From assembly GCF_006345805.1 (NCBI RefSeq), contig NC_042999.1, forward strand, positions 46,686,001 through 46,750,000: a DNA stretch of 64,000 bases, in the 5' to 3' direction. The notes beneath the pieces are model-generated. The model ran no database searches. It had not been told where the DNA came from and saw nothing but the letters and a program-made list of their open reading frames with translations. Within the stretch, counting starts at the first letter, position 1; the number at the start of each line of letters is the position of its first letter. The translations under genes and the position numbers were made by a program. The stretch is from Octopus sinensis (Eukaryota). This document shows positions 13,318 to 28,417 of the stretch, piece after piece.

Positions 13318-14424
13318 CCATTAGAAGCCGTAACATACATTAACTTTGAAGAAATATTTGTATTGTAAGTGAATTGAAATAGCTCTTATCAGGAATTGAA
13401 ACTTCACCGTTAACTATGGTCACTGTGAAATGATTAAATTACGTGAGTAACAGCAAAACAAAAAAAAGGGGTTTTAAAGAATGTTAAAACAATTACATTT
13501 TTCTACATACGATATAAATTCGCCGAAGGCATGAGTTAAGTTATATGCTTGTCTCATGATACATCAACATAACCGTTATTTATCTTCTACTTCTGTAGTT
13601 TTCTTACCGATAAATAACCTCTTCTAATGTTCTACTTATAAGATCGAGTCCAAACGTTAATGCCATTCTTAAAATCCAGTTATGTTGGAATAGCATGGAG
13701 GGATGTGAATATTCAACTTTCAAGTATCTGTCTTAAGAGAAAAAGAAAATGAGGAGTATGGAGACAATTCTTTGCAGTTTAAAATTTGAAACGTTGGAGA
13801 AGAATTAAATAAATCTGCAGAAGATACGTTTTATAGTTCTGGCGGCGTTCCTTTTCATCCACTAGCAACACCTGCCGGATATCTCAATATTATTCAATAA
13901 ATTATCAATTATCTCTGCCTGGTTATGATTTTATTATTATCAGGGCAATATGAGACTTTTCATCTCTTCTTTTTTATTTGATAGCAGAAACCGCATTCGA
14001 TAATTGAAACAACAGTAAAATATTTTTAAAATGTCTTCCAACTGCATTCTCCCACAGAATACACAAAAAAGTCATATATGAATAACTACAAATTATTTAA
14101 TTCAATCAAATATGATTACTTTGAAGTGTTCATAGATTTAGGAATAGGTTACCAAAATTGGATGCTTTTAGATATCTATTAATTTACAATTTGAAAGGAT
14201 TTCACCACAGAGAAAGCGGTGAAGAACTGTTAGAGTATTGGCAAAAATCATTTGCATTATTTCTACCGATTCATAACGTTGTATTTTTAAATTTCAGCTT
14301 TTTAAAAATTTCATCCTTGTGTCACCAACAAAGTAAGTACCGTTTTAGTACTGGGTTAAGCATAATCAACTTACCACTCCCATTAATTGCTAGCATCGTG
14401 CAAAAATTTACAAGAATTTACAAG

Positions 14425-14840
14425 AGGCGCAGGAGTGGCTGTGTGGTAAGTAGCTTGCTAACCAGCCACATGGTTCCGGTTTCAGTCCCACTGCGTGGCA
14501 TCTTGGGCAAGTGTCTTCTGCTATAGCCCAGGGCCGACCAATGCCTTGTGAGTGGATTTGGTAGACGGAAACTGAAAGAAGCCTGTCGTATATATGTATA
14601 TATATGAGTGTGTGCATATGTTTGTGTGTCTGTGTTTGTCCCCCTAGCATTGCTTGACAACCGATGCTGGTGTGTTTACGTCCCCGTCACTTAGCGGTTC
14701 GGCAAAAGAGACCGATAGAATAAGTACTGGGCTTACAAAGAATAAGTCCCGGGGTCGATTTGCTCGACTAAAGGCGGTGCTCCAGCATGGCCGCAGTCAA
14801 ATGACTGAAACAAGTAAAAGAGTAAAGAGTAAAGAGTAAT
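14425..14840 (+). mobile_element. SINE family B, full length (tRNA-like head, CORE-like TTGGGCAAGT, internal (TA)/(TG), (AAGAGT)n tail; possibly octopus OR-type)
   Basis: GGCTGTGTGGTAAG A-box-like and GGTTTCAGTCCC B-box-like; multiple partial copies elsewhere in the window. Confidence 0.9.
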
Positions 14841-14854
14841 TATTAGACTGGCAG

Positions 14855-15230
14855 AAATGTCAGAACATCTGTTCCAGTTCATCGATAAGAGTGCTCAACG
14901 AGTACTTATTTCAGTGACCCCGAAAGTTTGAAAGCAAAGTCAACCTCGGTGGAATTTGAACTTAGAATGTAAAACACGAAGATGGGACACTAAACGTCTT
15001 TTCTGGTGAGACAAACATTCTGTAAGCTCACTGTCCGAATAATTATAATGATGTCATTTTCTGGTTGTGGGCCAACAATTTCGGGGGAAGAGTAAGTCGA
15101 GTCAATCGACTCCAGTACTCAACTAACTGATCTATCAACCCCGAAATGAGGAAAGGCAAAGTCGACCCCGGCGACGATTGAATTCAGAAGGAAAAGACGG
15201 ACGATGTACTGCTAAACATTGTGCCGGGGT
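14855..15230 (-). mobile_element. Two decayed copies of SINE family C
   Basis: GACCCCGAAA..GAAAG(G)CAAAGTC.ACC.CGG core occurs twice. Confidence 0.65.
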
Positions 15231-15257
15231 GTAAAGGTTCAGCCAGTTCCCTACCTT

Positions 15258-16830
<1,573 letters not shown>

Positions 16831-18057
16831 ACAACAACAACAACAATAATAGTAATAATAATAATAATAAAAACTGAATATTATAATTCATCCTTCATAT
16901 AAGTTAGAGAACTCAATTATCGATAATATATTCACTCTTCTTATTCAAATGATTTGATTACATTTCGTCTTCACGGCTCCTTTATGGACACTAGTGTATG
17001 TAAAACCATAAATAAATAGACAGAAATTCTTGTATCGATTCGATTGACTATACTCTTCCCTTATAATTTGCTGACTTTGTGCCGATGTAAGATATTTTTA
17101 TTGTTATTTTTGTGTCATAACGAAAATTATTTTGATTGTACTTAATCATATTTTACATTCGAATGTGAAGCTGTAAGATGCAGAAATGTACGTGAACTTT
17201 TAAACTATAAATTATAAGATGGAACACGCATAGTATTATGTTTCTGGTTGCTGCCACTGTTGCGAATCAATTGTAGCTTCATGTTCCCATTTTATTCTTA
17301 CGATCTAGATGATATCTTTACGACCATCCATTAGTTTCATAAAATTCTATGGTATATGACCGAAATACGTGATCTTTTGTAAAAGAAAGAAATATGAATT
17401 CGGCGTGTAAGACTCTAGACCTCGATACCATATAATTTCTGGTAAAATGTATGTTTCTTTCATCTCGAACTGCCAAAGTAGCGCATTTTATTCGATTATT
17501 AAGCTTTATATCACTGATTTTCATTTCTTTGGTAACCTTTTTATCACCATCAATTTTCAGACAATTGATCTTGTAAGAGAAATGTTGCCTTCTACATTTC
17601 AGTATAGATGTTTATTAGTTTCAACCAATCTGAACTTGCTACTTCCAGGTGGCAACGAGCTGAGAGAGCAAAACGGTTTCGATTTCTTATTTGAAGTTGT
17701 TCTTATACATTATTTTCAATAGTTTTTTACTTCCTTCTTTCACCGTATCCGAGTGCGGAGAAAATCAGATATGGTCTTTTGTCCAGGCCAGAAATGCTAA
17801 ATGATAATGATAATTTTGATGACGAAACATATTCACTTTTCTAAATGCTATATAGTTAAAGAGTACTTAGTGAGTACGAGAGAGATCTATTTATGCTAAA
17901 AGAGTTTTAATATTTCCTTTCGAAAGTTCACAGATGGAGACTGGAGAATAACTATTGATGCGATACGAGCAATGTTAAAATAACTTAAGCAACTGAGAAC
18001 CCGATATTGGCCGAGCGAATGTTATATACGCACACACAACTCCTGAGTTGCCGTTTA

Positions 18058-18280
18058 AATAATCCTTTCTACTGTAGGCACAAGGCCTGAAATGTGGTGG
18101 AAGTGACTAGTCGATTACATCGAACCCAGTGTTTTACTGGTACTTAATGTATCGACCCCGAAAAGATGAGATGAAGTGCAAAGTAGACCACGGTGGAATT
18201 TGAACTTAGAACATAATGACAGACGAAATGTCGCTAAGCATTTCGTCCAGCGTGCTAATGATTGTGCTAGATCACCGCCT
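18058..18280 (-). mobile_element. SINE family C (Nin/Deu-domain-like core)
   Basis: Reverse complement of head GGCGG..CTAGCA..AATCATTAGCACG plus core GACTTTGC..TCATC.TTTCGGGGTCGAT. Confidence 0.8.
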
Positions 18281-18818
18281 CTGCCGTCTTAATAACGCAT
18301 ATCTGCTGACCTAGCAATTGGCTACGAACATGCAGGAAAATCCACATGGGTTTGACCAGATAATATTCAAACAGTCATTAAGTGAAATCGAAAAAAAATC
18401 CAAGATTCAAATCACCACATGTTGCTTCTATATTTTCATTCTGGCGCGGAATATCCTCCAATGGGTTTTCTATGTAAAGCTTTTAAACTGTACCTATCAG
18501 TCAGCTGTTTCTTAATTTCATGAGATTTTCACGGAGAAATACGTGATAGTTACAGCGTATAGATACAAATGATCCCCTTCATAAGTGAGACATGAGAGAC
18601 GGCTCAGTTAGAATTTCATTACGTTGCTCTTAAAATTTAATTTTTTCTGATTAGCTTACATGGACTACCACTAGCGTCTTTCTGCTTAAGCGTTTTATTC
18701 TGAAATTTAAAGGGATTTCTTTATTCTATTTCGTCGATTATATAAACAGAGGTTTATTCATATTACAACTTTTGTCTCGGAAAATAAATGATCACTGTCT
18801 GAAATGATGCATTAGCTT

Positions 18819-20171
18819 GTTTCATCCAATGGTGCCATAGCTATACTGGAGCATACACCAGAAAATGTTAATATTTTCGCATATTTTACTTTGTGAGTTC
18901 AAATTATGCCAGGATTGACTTTGCCTTTCATTCTTTCGGCATCGATACAATAAGTACCAGTTGATCGTTGGGATCGATGTAATCAACTTACCACATTCTC
19001 CGAAATTTCTCGTCTTGTCCCAACTAATATTTCTACATACTAAGGTGGCGAGCTGGCAGAATCACTATCGCCGCACTATTTTTATCTAATGTTATTTTGT
19101 CCGTCTTTACGTTCTGGGTTCAAATCCGCTGAAGACGACTTTGCCTTTCTTTCTACACCAATGAAATAAGAACCAATTGTGCATAATGGTAGACTTACCC
19201 CTATCCCGCCGAAATTGCTGCCCTTGTGCCAAAATGTGGAAACCATTATTTCTGCATACTAATCAGTGAGACGGCAGAATTGTACGAAAATCGCTGGCCA
19301 TAATATGCTAACATATGAAACAAATAGTTTTGCTCACTGGGTTGAATGTTTTTTCGACGACAATGAGATGTTAGAAGAAATACATGGCGAAACATCTATG
19401 AGCACTATCTCATTCTTTTAAAAACCATTTAAAGAAATAAATTGGTGTTTTAAAGTTAAATATTGCAAATTATTTACAGCTCGATTGTAAAAGTTTCATC
19501 CAATGGTGCCATAGCTATACTGGAGCATACACCAGAAAATGTTAATATTTTCGCATATTTTACTTTGTGAGTTCAAATTATGCCAGGATTGACTTTGCCT
19601 TTCATTCTTTCGGCATCGATACAATAAGTACCAGTTGATCGTTGGGATCGATGTAATCAACTTACCACATTCTCCGAAATTTCTCGTCTTGTCCCAACTA
19701 ATATTTCTACATACTAAGGTGGCGAGCTGGCAGAATCACTATCGCCGCACTATTTTTATCTAATGTTATTTTGTCCGTCTTTACGTTCTGGGTTCAAATC
19801 CGCTGAAGACGACTTTGCCTTTCTTTCTACACCAATGAAATAAGAACCAATTGTGCATAATGGTAGACTTACCCCTATCCCGCCGAAATTGCTGCCCTTG
19901 TGCCAAAATGTGGAAACCATTATTTCTGCATACTAATCAGTGAGACGGCAGAATTGTACGAAAATCGCTGGCCATAATATGCTAACATATGAAACAAATA
20001 GTTTTGCTCACTGGGTTGAATGTTTTTTCGACGACAATGAGATGTTAGAAGAAATACATGGCGAAACATCTATGAGCACTATCTCATTCTTTTAAAAACC
20101 ATTTAAAGAAATAAATTGGTGTTTTAAAGTTAAATATTGCAAATTATTTACAGCTCGATTGTAAAAGTTTC
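18819..20171. repeat. 674-bp tandem duplication (two apparently identical copies)
   Basis: 18819-19492 equals 19493-20166 by eye; GTTTC occurs at 18819, 19493 and 20167. Confidence 0.95.
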
Positions 20172-20324
20172 GAGAGCTACGAAGTTTTCTAATTTTTGTA
20201 GCATAATCTGTCTTCAGAAGATATAAATCTTTAACTGTTAATTTCATTTTCGGGTGAGTTTTGTGAGTTCAACTAAAAGTTCACAATTTTGTCGGTGCAT
20301 TATAACTAATTTATGTATATTCGC

Positions 20325-20398
<74 letters not shown>

Positions 20399-20651
20399 TA
20401 TACATGTATATATGCATATATATGTATATATATATACATACATATAAATGTATATGTATACATACACATATATATGTATATATATACATAAACATATATG
20501 TATATATTCATACATATATATGTATACATACATATTATATATATATGTATATATATGTATATATACATATATATATATACATATATACATACATGTATGT
20601 GTATATATATATTCATATATATATATATGCATATATATACATATATATGTC

Positions 20652-20711
<60 letters not shown>

Positions 20712-20775
20712 ATATATATGCATACTTGTATATGTATATATATATATATGTATATATATATATACATATGTATAT
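20325..20775. repeat. Long compound (TA)n/(TACA)n microsatellite
   Basis: Direct reading; source of several spurious Ile/Tyr ORFs. Confidence 0.95.
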
Positions 20776-20776
20776 A

Positions 20777-21565
20777 AATTAGAAAAAACACCTTTTATCA
20801 ATTCAAAATGAACAATTAAATTACACCATCTACAAAATTTCATATAATAGAAATATTAAAAAAATATAACAATAATATACCAATGAGTAAGTAAATTGCA
20901 AAATAATAATAAAAACGTATATATTTAGTAGAATAACGCACGTGTTTCGTGGCTATATTTAAGAAATGATTATAGCATAAAAAATATAGTAAAATTACTC
21001 GATATAAATGTCATCAGGTTAAACATAAACTAGAATAATAAATAAACAAAATAATAAATAATTAATTAATAAATATACGTACAAAACCTTTGGAAATATA
21101 GGCTGTGAAATCGTTAATGAGATATAATAATAAATTATGGACTAGGAAGGATACTAGAAACTTTTTTGATATTCCTATCGGGACACATGATTCTGCTCAG
21201 GTTACTGATTTAGTAGGTATTTATTTATTATCAGAACTTCAATTAGAAAATTTAAATTTGGAGGATGGTTTATATAGGGATGACAATTTATTACTTACTA
21301 GGGATTGTAGTAATAGAAATCTACTATTAAGTATATTTACTATAATTTCTTTTACTATAATCATTTCTTAAATATAGCCACTAACCACGTGTCGTTATTC
21401 TACCTAATATATACGCTTTTATTATTATTTTGCAATTTACGTAATCATTGGTATATTAATGTTCTTTTATTTTTAATATTTCTATTCTATGTAATTTTCT
21501 AGATGGTATAATTTAATTGTTCATTTTGAATTGATAAAAGGTGTTTTTTCAAATTTTTATATATA
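20777..21565 (+). mobile_element. Penelope-like RT fragment flanked by inverted terminal repeats
   Basis: 21105-21310 encodes FFDIPIGTHDSAQVTDLVGIYLL...GLYRDD (PLE RT motif); 20777-20975 is inverted at ~21360-21565. Confidence 0.85.
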
Positions 21566-21648
21566 TATATTATATTTTGATTTAGTATTTCTATATTGAA
21601 TTTTTCCCTGTAAATTAGGAATAATATACCGTCAAATAATTATTATAT

Positions 21649-21693
<45 letters not shown>

Positions 21694-21812
21694 CATATGT
21701 ATATATATATATGCATATATATGTATATATATATGCATACATATGTATATATATATATATATATACATACATATGTATACATATACATACATATGTGTAC
21801 ATGTACATATGT

Positions 21813-21853
<41 letters not shown>

Positions 21854-24450
21854 TATACATACCTATATATACATACACATATATATGACAGGTAGTATGT
21901 CCTCCCGATCAAACTCTGGTTAGGAAAGTTATTTCCTTGGAAAGTAAAGTAGTTTAAAACGCACAAAACAAGTTGCCTTCTGTAATACAGCTGTAATATT
22001 AATACCATAACGAATAGTATTCAGATATATAGAAGACAATCTGTATACGAACCATTAATCACGTGATGAACACAGAAAATATATTATAAAATAATGATCG
22101 ATAATATCCTTCTAGAACAAGAGTCATAAAGATTTATAAATGGAGTGTTAATTCCTGTTTTCCGCTTTTTTCGCTTAGGGAATAATGAAATGTTTGACTC
22201 CGTGAGAGAATTGCTATCATCGGAAAGCTTACAAGAATTAATTCCTAATTTTGTAATAATGATATTGATACACTGGCAAACTATACCACTCAGTGGTATC
22301 TACTCTTCTCTTGGCACGTTATTATTTCCTTTATATGACTTGGTTACAGAGACAACTAAACGTCGCTGAGAAGATGTGAATCTCTGCCCGGTTTCCGGTT
22401 GTTTGTTGACTTGGTGATTCTTTTTGTAGATATATATACATCATTATGAAACCATCAACTACAGTTTTTCTTACGTTAACTCTTGGCAAATGCAGGATTG
22501 ATCTACTCTCTGTAACTAGAGGTTCGTTTTTCTTTTTTCTTTTAAATGTTTAGCTATAATCTTTCTTGTAACAAATTTGGATGCAACCCGCAAATGCTAT
22601 ATCCTACATCACTGTAGTCGGAGGGCCTTGTGCTCTCCTCTTTTAGATTAGAATTTGACAACTACAATACAGTTAAGTTTAGGAACTTATATGAGTTAGA
22701 ATTTATTACTGAAAAATTATGAAGACTTCAATAAATTCTATGAAGTCATTTGCAGAACTAATGAGTAGTTTTATTTTCATTTTTGCTTTCTCTTTAAATA
22801 TACATATTTGTATATAGGCTTTGATGAAATTCAGTTTCCTGTTGGTGTTTCGAGTTTTCAATTATAATCACTTTCAAATCAAGTTGTGGCAAGCTGTACT
22901 TGTTGAAATCCTATATTTTAATTGCTATAGTGATAAAATACAGCATTTATGAAATATTTAAATTTAAATTGATTTGTTATTCAGTAAAGCACCTGTACCA
23001 GTATATCATGTGCTACAACTAACATAGATGCACAGAGTCTTATATGTGAAATATTTATGTTTTCCTATATGTTGGAAAAGGCGCAGTATTATATTTGCTA
23101 TTGTGACACTAACGATCAGGTTTTCTATTTTTATGTGCCTCGGTCATGATGATATGAGCAGCTCCCACATAATGATTCGCATTAAACAATTCGTTAATAC
23201 TATTTCAAATATATGTAGCAGTTATTGCAAATGGAAAGCGATAAACGTCTCAGTTGACGTAAAAACCTATATATTGATGGGAAAACAACTATGCGTAAGG
23301 GAAATCTGCTAGGGGAACTTAATGCTATAATCAAACAATCGAATAAGTTACCGATACATGAAAAAATGAAGGTAAAATTTCGTTTGCGTAATATTCTACT
23401 ACGTATACTGAGAATGTTACATATATTACTCACATATATTCATTAATATATATATATCCATACAAAACGAAAAAAAAAGAATCCATCTAACGGTGTTAAG
23501 GCACAATTTGTGGCTCTCAATAATGTCTTATCTGTCATTCACTGGAACGAGCAGAGTAAATCTAGACATGATATTATCAAATATTCCGTGTCCCAATAGA
23601 AACATATCCCTGCAGTTAAAATAATTTAATCTATTATGCACAGAATATAATGGAACTAGGGTATTCAGAAAGCATTGATTAGCGAGTAAATTAAAATTTA
23701 TAAATATTATTTGGACATACATTTAATGTCCTAAGCTATACGTAAATGGAGAATATTAATCGACGTAAAATTTGTCTCTGTAGTAATTCTGTCATAGACT
23801 TGAAATTACGATGTCATAGATACAGCGGAAACAATGCAATTGTAAATAATAAACATCAAATTTAATGCTGTTAGACACTAATATGGAAGGTGAACAAACA
23901 CACAGCATAGTAACATTAGTTTCTCTGACATTTTTTTCTCCCAAAGCATTAAATTGAATTTGAACATTTTTTCGACTTATTTTTGGTTATTCATTTATAT
24001 TTTGTTCTCTATTGTTTTTGATTGACATGCAAATCTGGTGAGGCAGGCGAAGCCGGAAGTAGCGTTCGGAATTTATTATATCAATTTCAATCTACAAGCT
24101 CATAAAGAACTCGCAAGTGTGTCGATCAGTTGAGCCATTGCGATAAATGACAGAGATAGTTCCAATTTTAATTGCTTCTCTCCGCTCGAAACACACTTCT
24201 CTTTCGTCTCTCTAAACTGTCTAATTATTTGTTAAACTGCCGTTATGCTGCTGCTGCTATTATAGAAATAATGGCACTAAGCAGGACCACGAATGACAGT
24301 TGTTTCCGTTGTTGCTTCCATAACTTAACCTTAAAAGTGCAAGAAAATATCTAAGACTTACAGACATGGGGTAACCATGTAGTATTCAACAAGGTCAAAT
24401 AGTATTAGTAGTAGTAGTAGTAGTAGTATAGTAGTAGTAGTAGTAGTAGT

Positions 24451-24835
24451 AAAGACACAAGGCCTGAAATTTGGTGAGAAGGAAGAACTCGATTACATCC
24501 ACACCAGTGTTTCACTGGTACCTAATTTATCGACTCCGTAAGGATGAAAGGCTAGTCGACCTCGGCGGAATTTGAACTTAAAACGTAGCGACGGATGACA
24601 TACCTATTTCTTTACTACCCACAAGGGGCTAAACACAGAGGAGACAAACAAGGAGAGACAAACGGAGTAAGCCGATTATATCGACCCAAGTGCATAACTA
24701 GTACTTATTTAATCGACCCCGAAAGGATGAAAGGCAAAGTCGACCTCGGCTGAATTTGAACTCAGAACGTAACGGCAGACGAAATACGGCTACGCATTTC
24801 GCCCGGCGAGCTAACGTTTCTGCCAGCTCGCCGCC
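24451..24835 (-). mobile_element. SINE family C, dimeric form
   Basis: Full head plus core plus spacer, then partial head plus second core; same layout at 63433-63824. Confidence 0.9.
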
Positions 24836-24839
24836 TTTC

Positions 24840-24900
<61 letters not shown>

Positions 24901-24929
24901 TGATGATGATGATGATTGCCCTAATGCAA

Positions 24930-25335
24930 TATCAGGTACTGGCTCTCATGGCTTCTGATATCAATTGGAAGTGCTATCATGTACAAGTTCTGTCTTGGTG
25001 TAAAAAAAAATGCTACAGCAAAAATTCTACTGAATAACACAGATTTATTTGTCAGTTATTTGACCTGAACCAGTTGAGCATGTCCCTTGGTCTTTGGCAA
25101 TATGTGAATCACTGAACACTAACAGAAGTAGTGGAGGAGCATCATAGCAATATGTTGAGAATTCTCGAAACATGAATGTTTTGTTGAGTATCCTTAAGCA
25201 ATTCTTATTCAGCGATATTTTGAGCGAGATGCGCTTACTCGACCTGAAGAAAATTCTAACTGGGCCCCACCTACAAGATCATGCGCTGTTTGTCTCGATA
25301 TGAGATCATCAAGTCACGCACATATGGTTGTGATG
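24930..25335 (+). mobile_element. Interspersed repeat family D (SINE-like; orientation nominal)
   Basis: Partial reverse-complement copy at ~53895-54030. Confidence 0.6.
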
Positions 25336-25406
25336 CAAAATAAGTTCACTGGTGGTGAACAGCTGACACTGTAGTACATCTCCAGTGTTAGAAGCTGTGC
25401 AAAGGC

Positions 25407-25491
<85 letters not shown>

Positions 25492-25597
25492 GTGACGATG
25501 ATGAGGCGGAGGATTATGATAGGGCAGTCAGATGAAGTATACGTTAGATTGAGGAGATACATATATATATACATAAATAAATGAATATATATATATG

Positions 25598-25659
<62 letters not shown>

Positions 25660-26127
25660 ATTTGTTTGTGTGTGTATATATACATGCATACACTGTGAGA
25701 GTTTACATAAAATCGGTTGAGGAGAAAAATCAAATGCAAAATACCACTTGTAACATCTTAGAGCATATAATCTTCTGCATAAGGAAATAAAATGAAGATT
25801 GCAAACTTACGAACAAACTTAATTTGAAATGAATAACTAAAAAATAAAAAAAAATCTTTGACATTTTCTGGAATTAAAGGAAAAATGTTTAAAGAAACTT
25901 TTAAAGACTACAATGGTAAATTTTGAAAAAGTGTCTGAAAATGCTATAAACATCTTTAAAGAAGAATACAAAATCTTCTAAGTCTGAAGTCATAATATTG
26001 TTTTCATTTTAACTCTAAGAATGTGCAGCTATGCATGTATTTGCATGTAAATTATGCGCACGTACAACCCTAACACACACGTAGTGCACGTCTGTCATCC
26101 ACAGATAGACACGCACCGTTATGTATA

Positions 26128-26221
<94 letters not shown>

Positions 26222-26247
26222 GTGCGTGTGTGTGTGTGCATGTGCGT

Positions 26248-26357
26248 GTGGTTACGGCAGCGGACTCGCGGTCGTAGGATTGCTGTTTCGATTCCCAGAT
26301 CGGCCGTTGCGAGTGGTTATTGAGCGAAAACACCTAAAGCTCCACGATGCTCCGACG
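26248..26357 (+). mobile_element. SINE family A head fragment
   Basis: Matches 510-615. Confidence 0.85.
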
Positions 26358-26677
26358 GTGCGGGGCATTTATACCGAACACTGCATGTTCTTATCTTTCT
26401 CACTCTTTCTTCATGTTTATTCATATATATACAATATATATTTATTGTTTATTCATATATTGTTTATTCATATATTGTTTATTCATATATTGTTTATTCA
26501 TATATATACAATACACACTGGTAGCACAGTCTGCGCTACCTGGTTTCATCCGCAGTCGGAGTACATTACCGTTGGTTCTACTTCAGAAACTCTGCAGTTT
26601 TAGTTGAGATATAATTTCTTAAATAACCAGACGGTAGATTTGGTGTTAAGTTTTGTACAACAGTCGTTTAACTCATC

Positions 26678-26938
26678 CTATTACTGTCCCTTATGGTTGG
26701 GACTCCTTTCAACATGTGTTCCATCCTATCTGCAGTCTGGGTCTCATCAGGTACATCTATGCATAGAGTCGTGCTTCGCTAAAATCTTGAGTTTTGGATG
26801 TCGTGTTTATTATATTCCCAACCGGTTAGGGTCAGAAAGACACAACTTTATGTATGGATGTACCTGATGAGACACAAAGTGCAGAATGTATCCAACACAA
26901 GTTGTTGAATGGATTCCCACTTATAAGGGACAGTAGAG
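26678..26938. repeat. Diverged inverted repeat (~90-bp arms, ~80-bp spacer), MITE-like
   Basis: 26678-26767 aligns to the reverse complement of 26847-26938. Confidence 0.75.
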
Positions 26939-27017
26939 AATGTATTGAAACGAACATTGCAGAAAATAAAGATTAATACCAAATCCATCTTCTCGTTACT
27001 TAAGAAATTATTATTAC

Positions 27018-27100
<83 letters not shown>

Positions 27101-27139
27101 CTGTGTATGTATTTATTTGTATATCTGTATTTGAGTGTC

Positions 27140-27324
27140 TTTGTGTCTGTGTTTGTCACCCACCACTGTTTGAAACCGGTCTTGACCCGTTACCTAAAGG
27201 CACCTCAAATACACTGATAGAATATGTAGTACGATAAAAGAAAAAAACGTGTTCTGGGGTCGATTCGTTTTTCAAGGCCGTGCCCCAGTATAGCCGCAGC
27301 CTAATGACTGAAAAAAGATAAAAG

Positions 27325-27330
<6 letters not shown>
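27140..27330 (+). mobile_element. SINE family B 3' fragment
   Basis: TGTCTGTGTTTGTC...GGGGTCGATT...CAGTATAGCCGCAG..AATGACTGAAA. Confidence 0.7.
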
Positions 27331-27361
<31 letters not shown>

Positions 27362-27839
27362 TATATAGAGGGCATTATTACACGTAAATGCCGCACGCTA
27401 CGAGGGACTTTTAAAGTCAAATTTAAAAACCAAAATAAACATATTGTACCGAATGCAATTCTTGAAGCAAGTCATTTAAAAACAGAATTTAGTTGCAGAT
27501 CACCAGTGATTTCGCAATCAACGCAGTGTCTGCGTCCCTTGCTCCTCAGTACAGCGAATTCAAGATTTATAATGAATGAACAAAATCAACATACCAGACG
27601 AACAACCGCCGTATCCAGCGTAGCACATATAACTGTTCACCCCTTATATATCTATGTAATAAATGGCGGGCTTTTTCGAATTGGATTTCAGTAACAACTT
27701 GCTGTATGTATGTATGTATGTATGTATGTATGTATGTATGTATGTATGTATGTATGTATATATATATATATATTATATATATATATTTATATATATATGT
27801 AGACGTATATGTGTATATATATATATATCGATATGCATG

Positions 27840-27883
<44 letters not shown>

Positions 27884-27948
27884 ATGTATGTATATATGTT
27901 TGTATACATAATGTATGTATATATATATATTGTTATTATATGCATATT

Positions 27949-28087
27949 TATAACACGAGATTGGCATTATGTCTCTCAACGCGCTGAAAATAGACGCCAA
28001 AAAACGGGAGCTTTTTAAAGTTGTGTTCGCATCATTTGGCGTTTATTTTCAGCGCGTGGAGAGGCATAATGACAAACTCTTGTTATA
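27949..28087. repeat. Hairpin-forming inverted repeat (~52-bp arms, ~34-bp loop)
   Basis: 27949-28000 aligns to the reverse complement of 28035-28087 with a few substitutions. Confidence 0.85.
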
Positions 28088-28417
28088 ATTATGTATATAA
28101 TTATTATAATATTTGGAAAATTTACCTATCAGGTATTTTTTTATATTTTCGCGCTGGCCTCCTGATAGAATAATAAATGATTTTATAATTCATTATATAA
28201 CATATATATGTGTGTGTGTGTTCTGTGTGTATGCGTGTGTAAGTGTGTATATACTATGTACGAAATTTCCACATTTAATTGCATATTTTTAAAAGGACGT
28301 ACTTTCCGCGATTCTATTCATGTAGGTACTTTAAGACAACTTACATACGTGTACAGATATCATTGTGTCAATATTCATATGTATATTCATATTCATATAT
28401 ATATATATGTATATACT

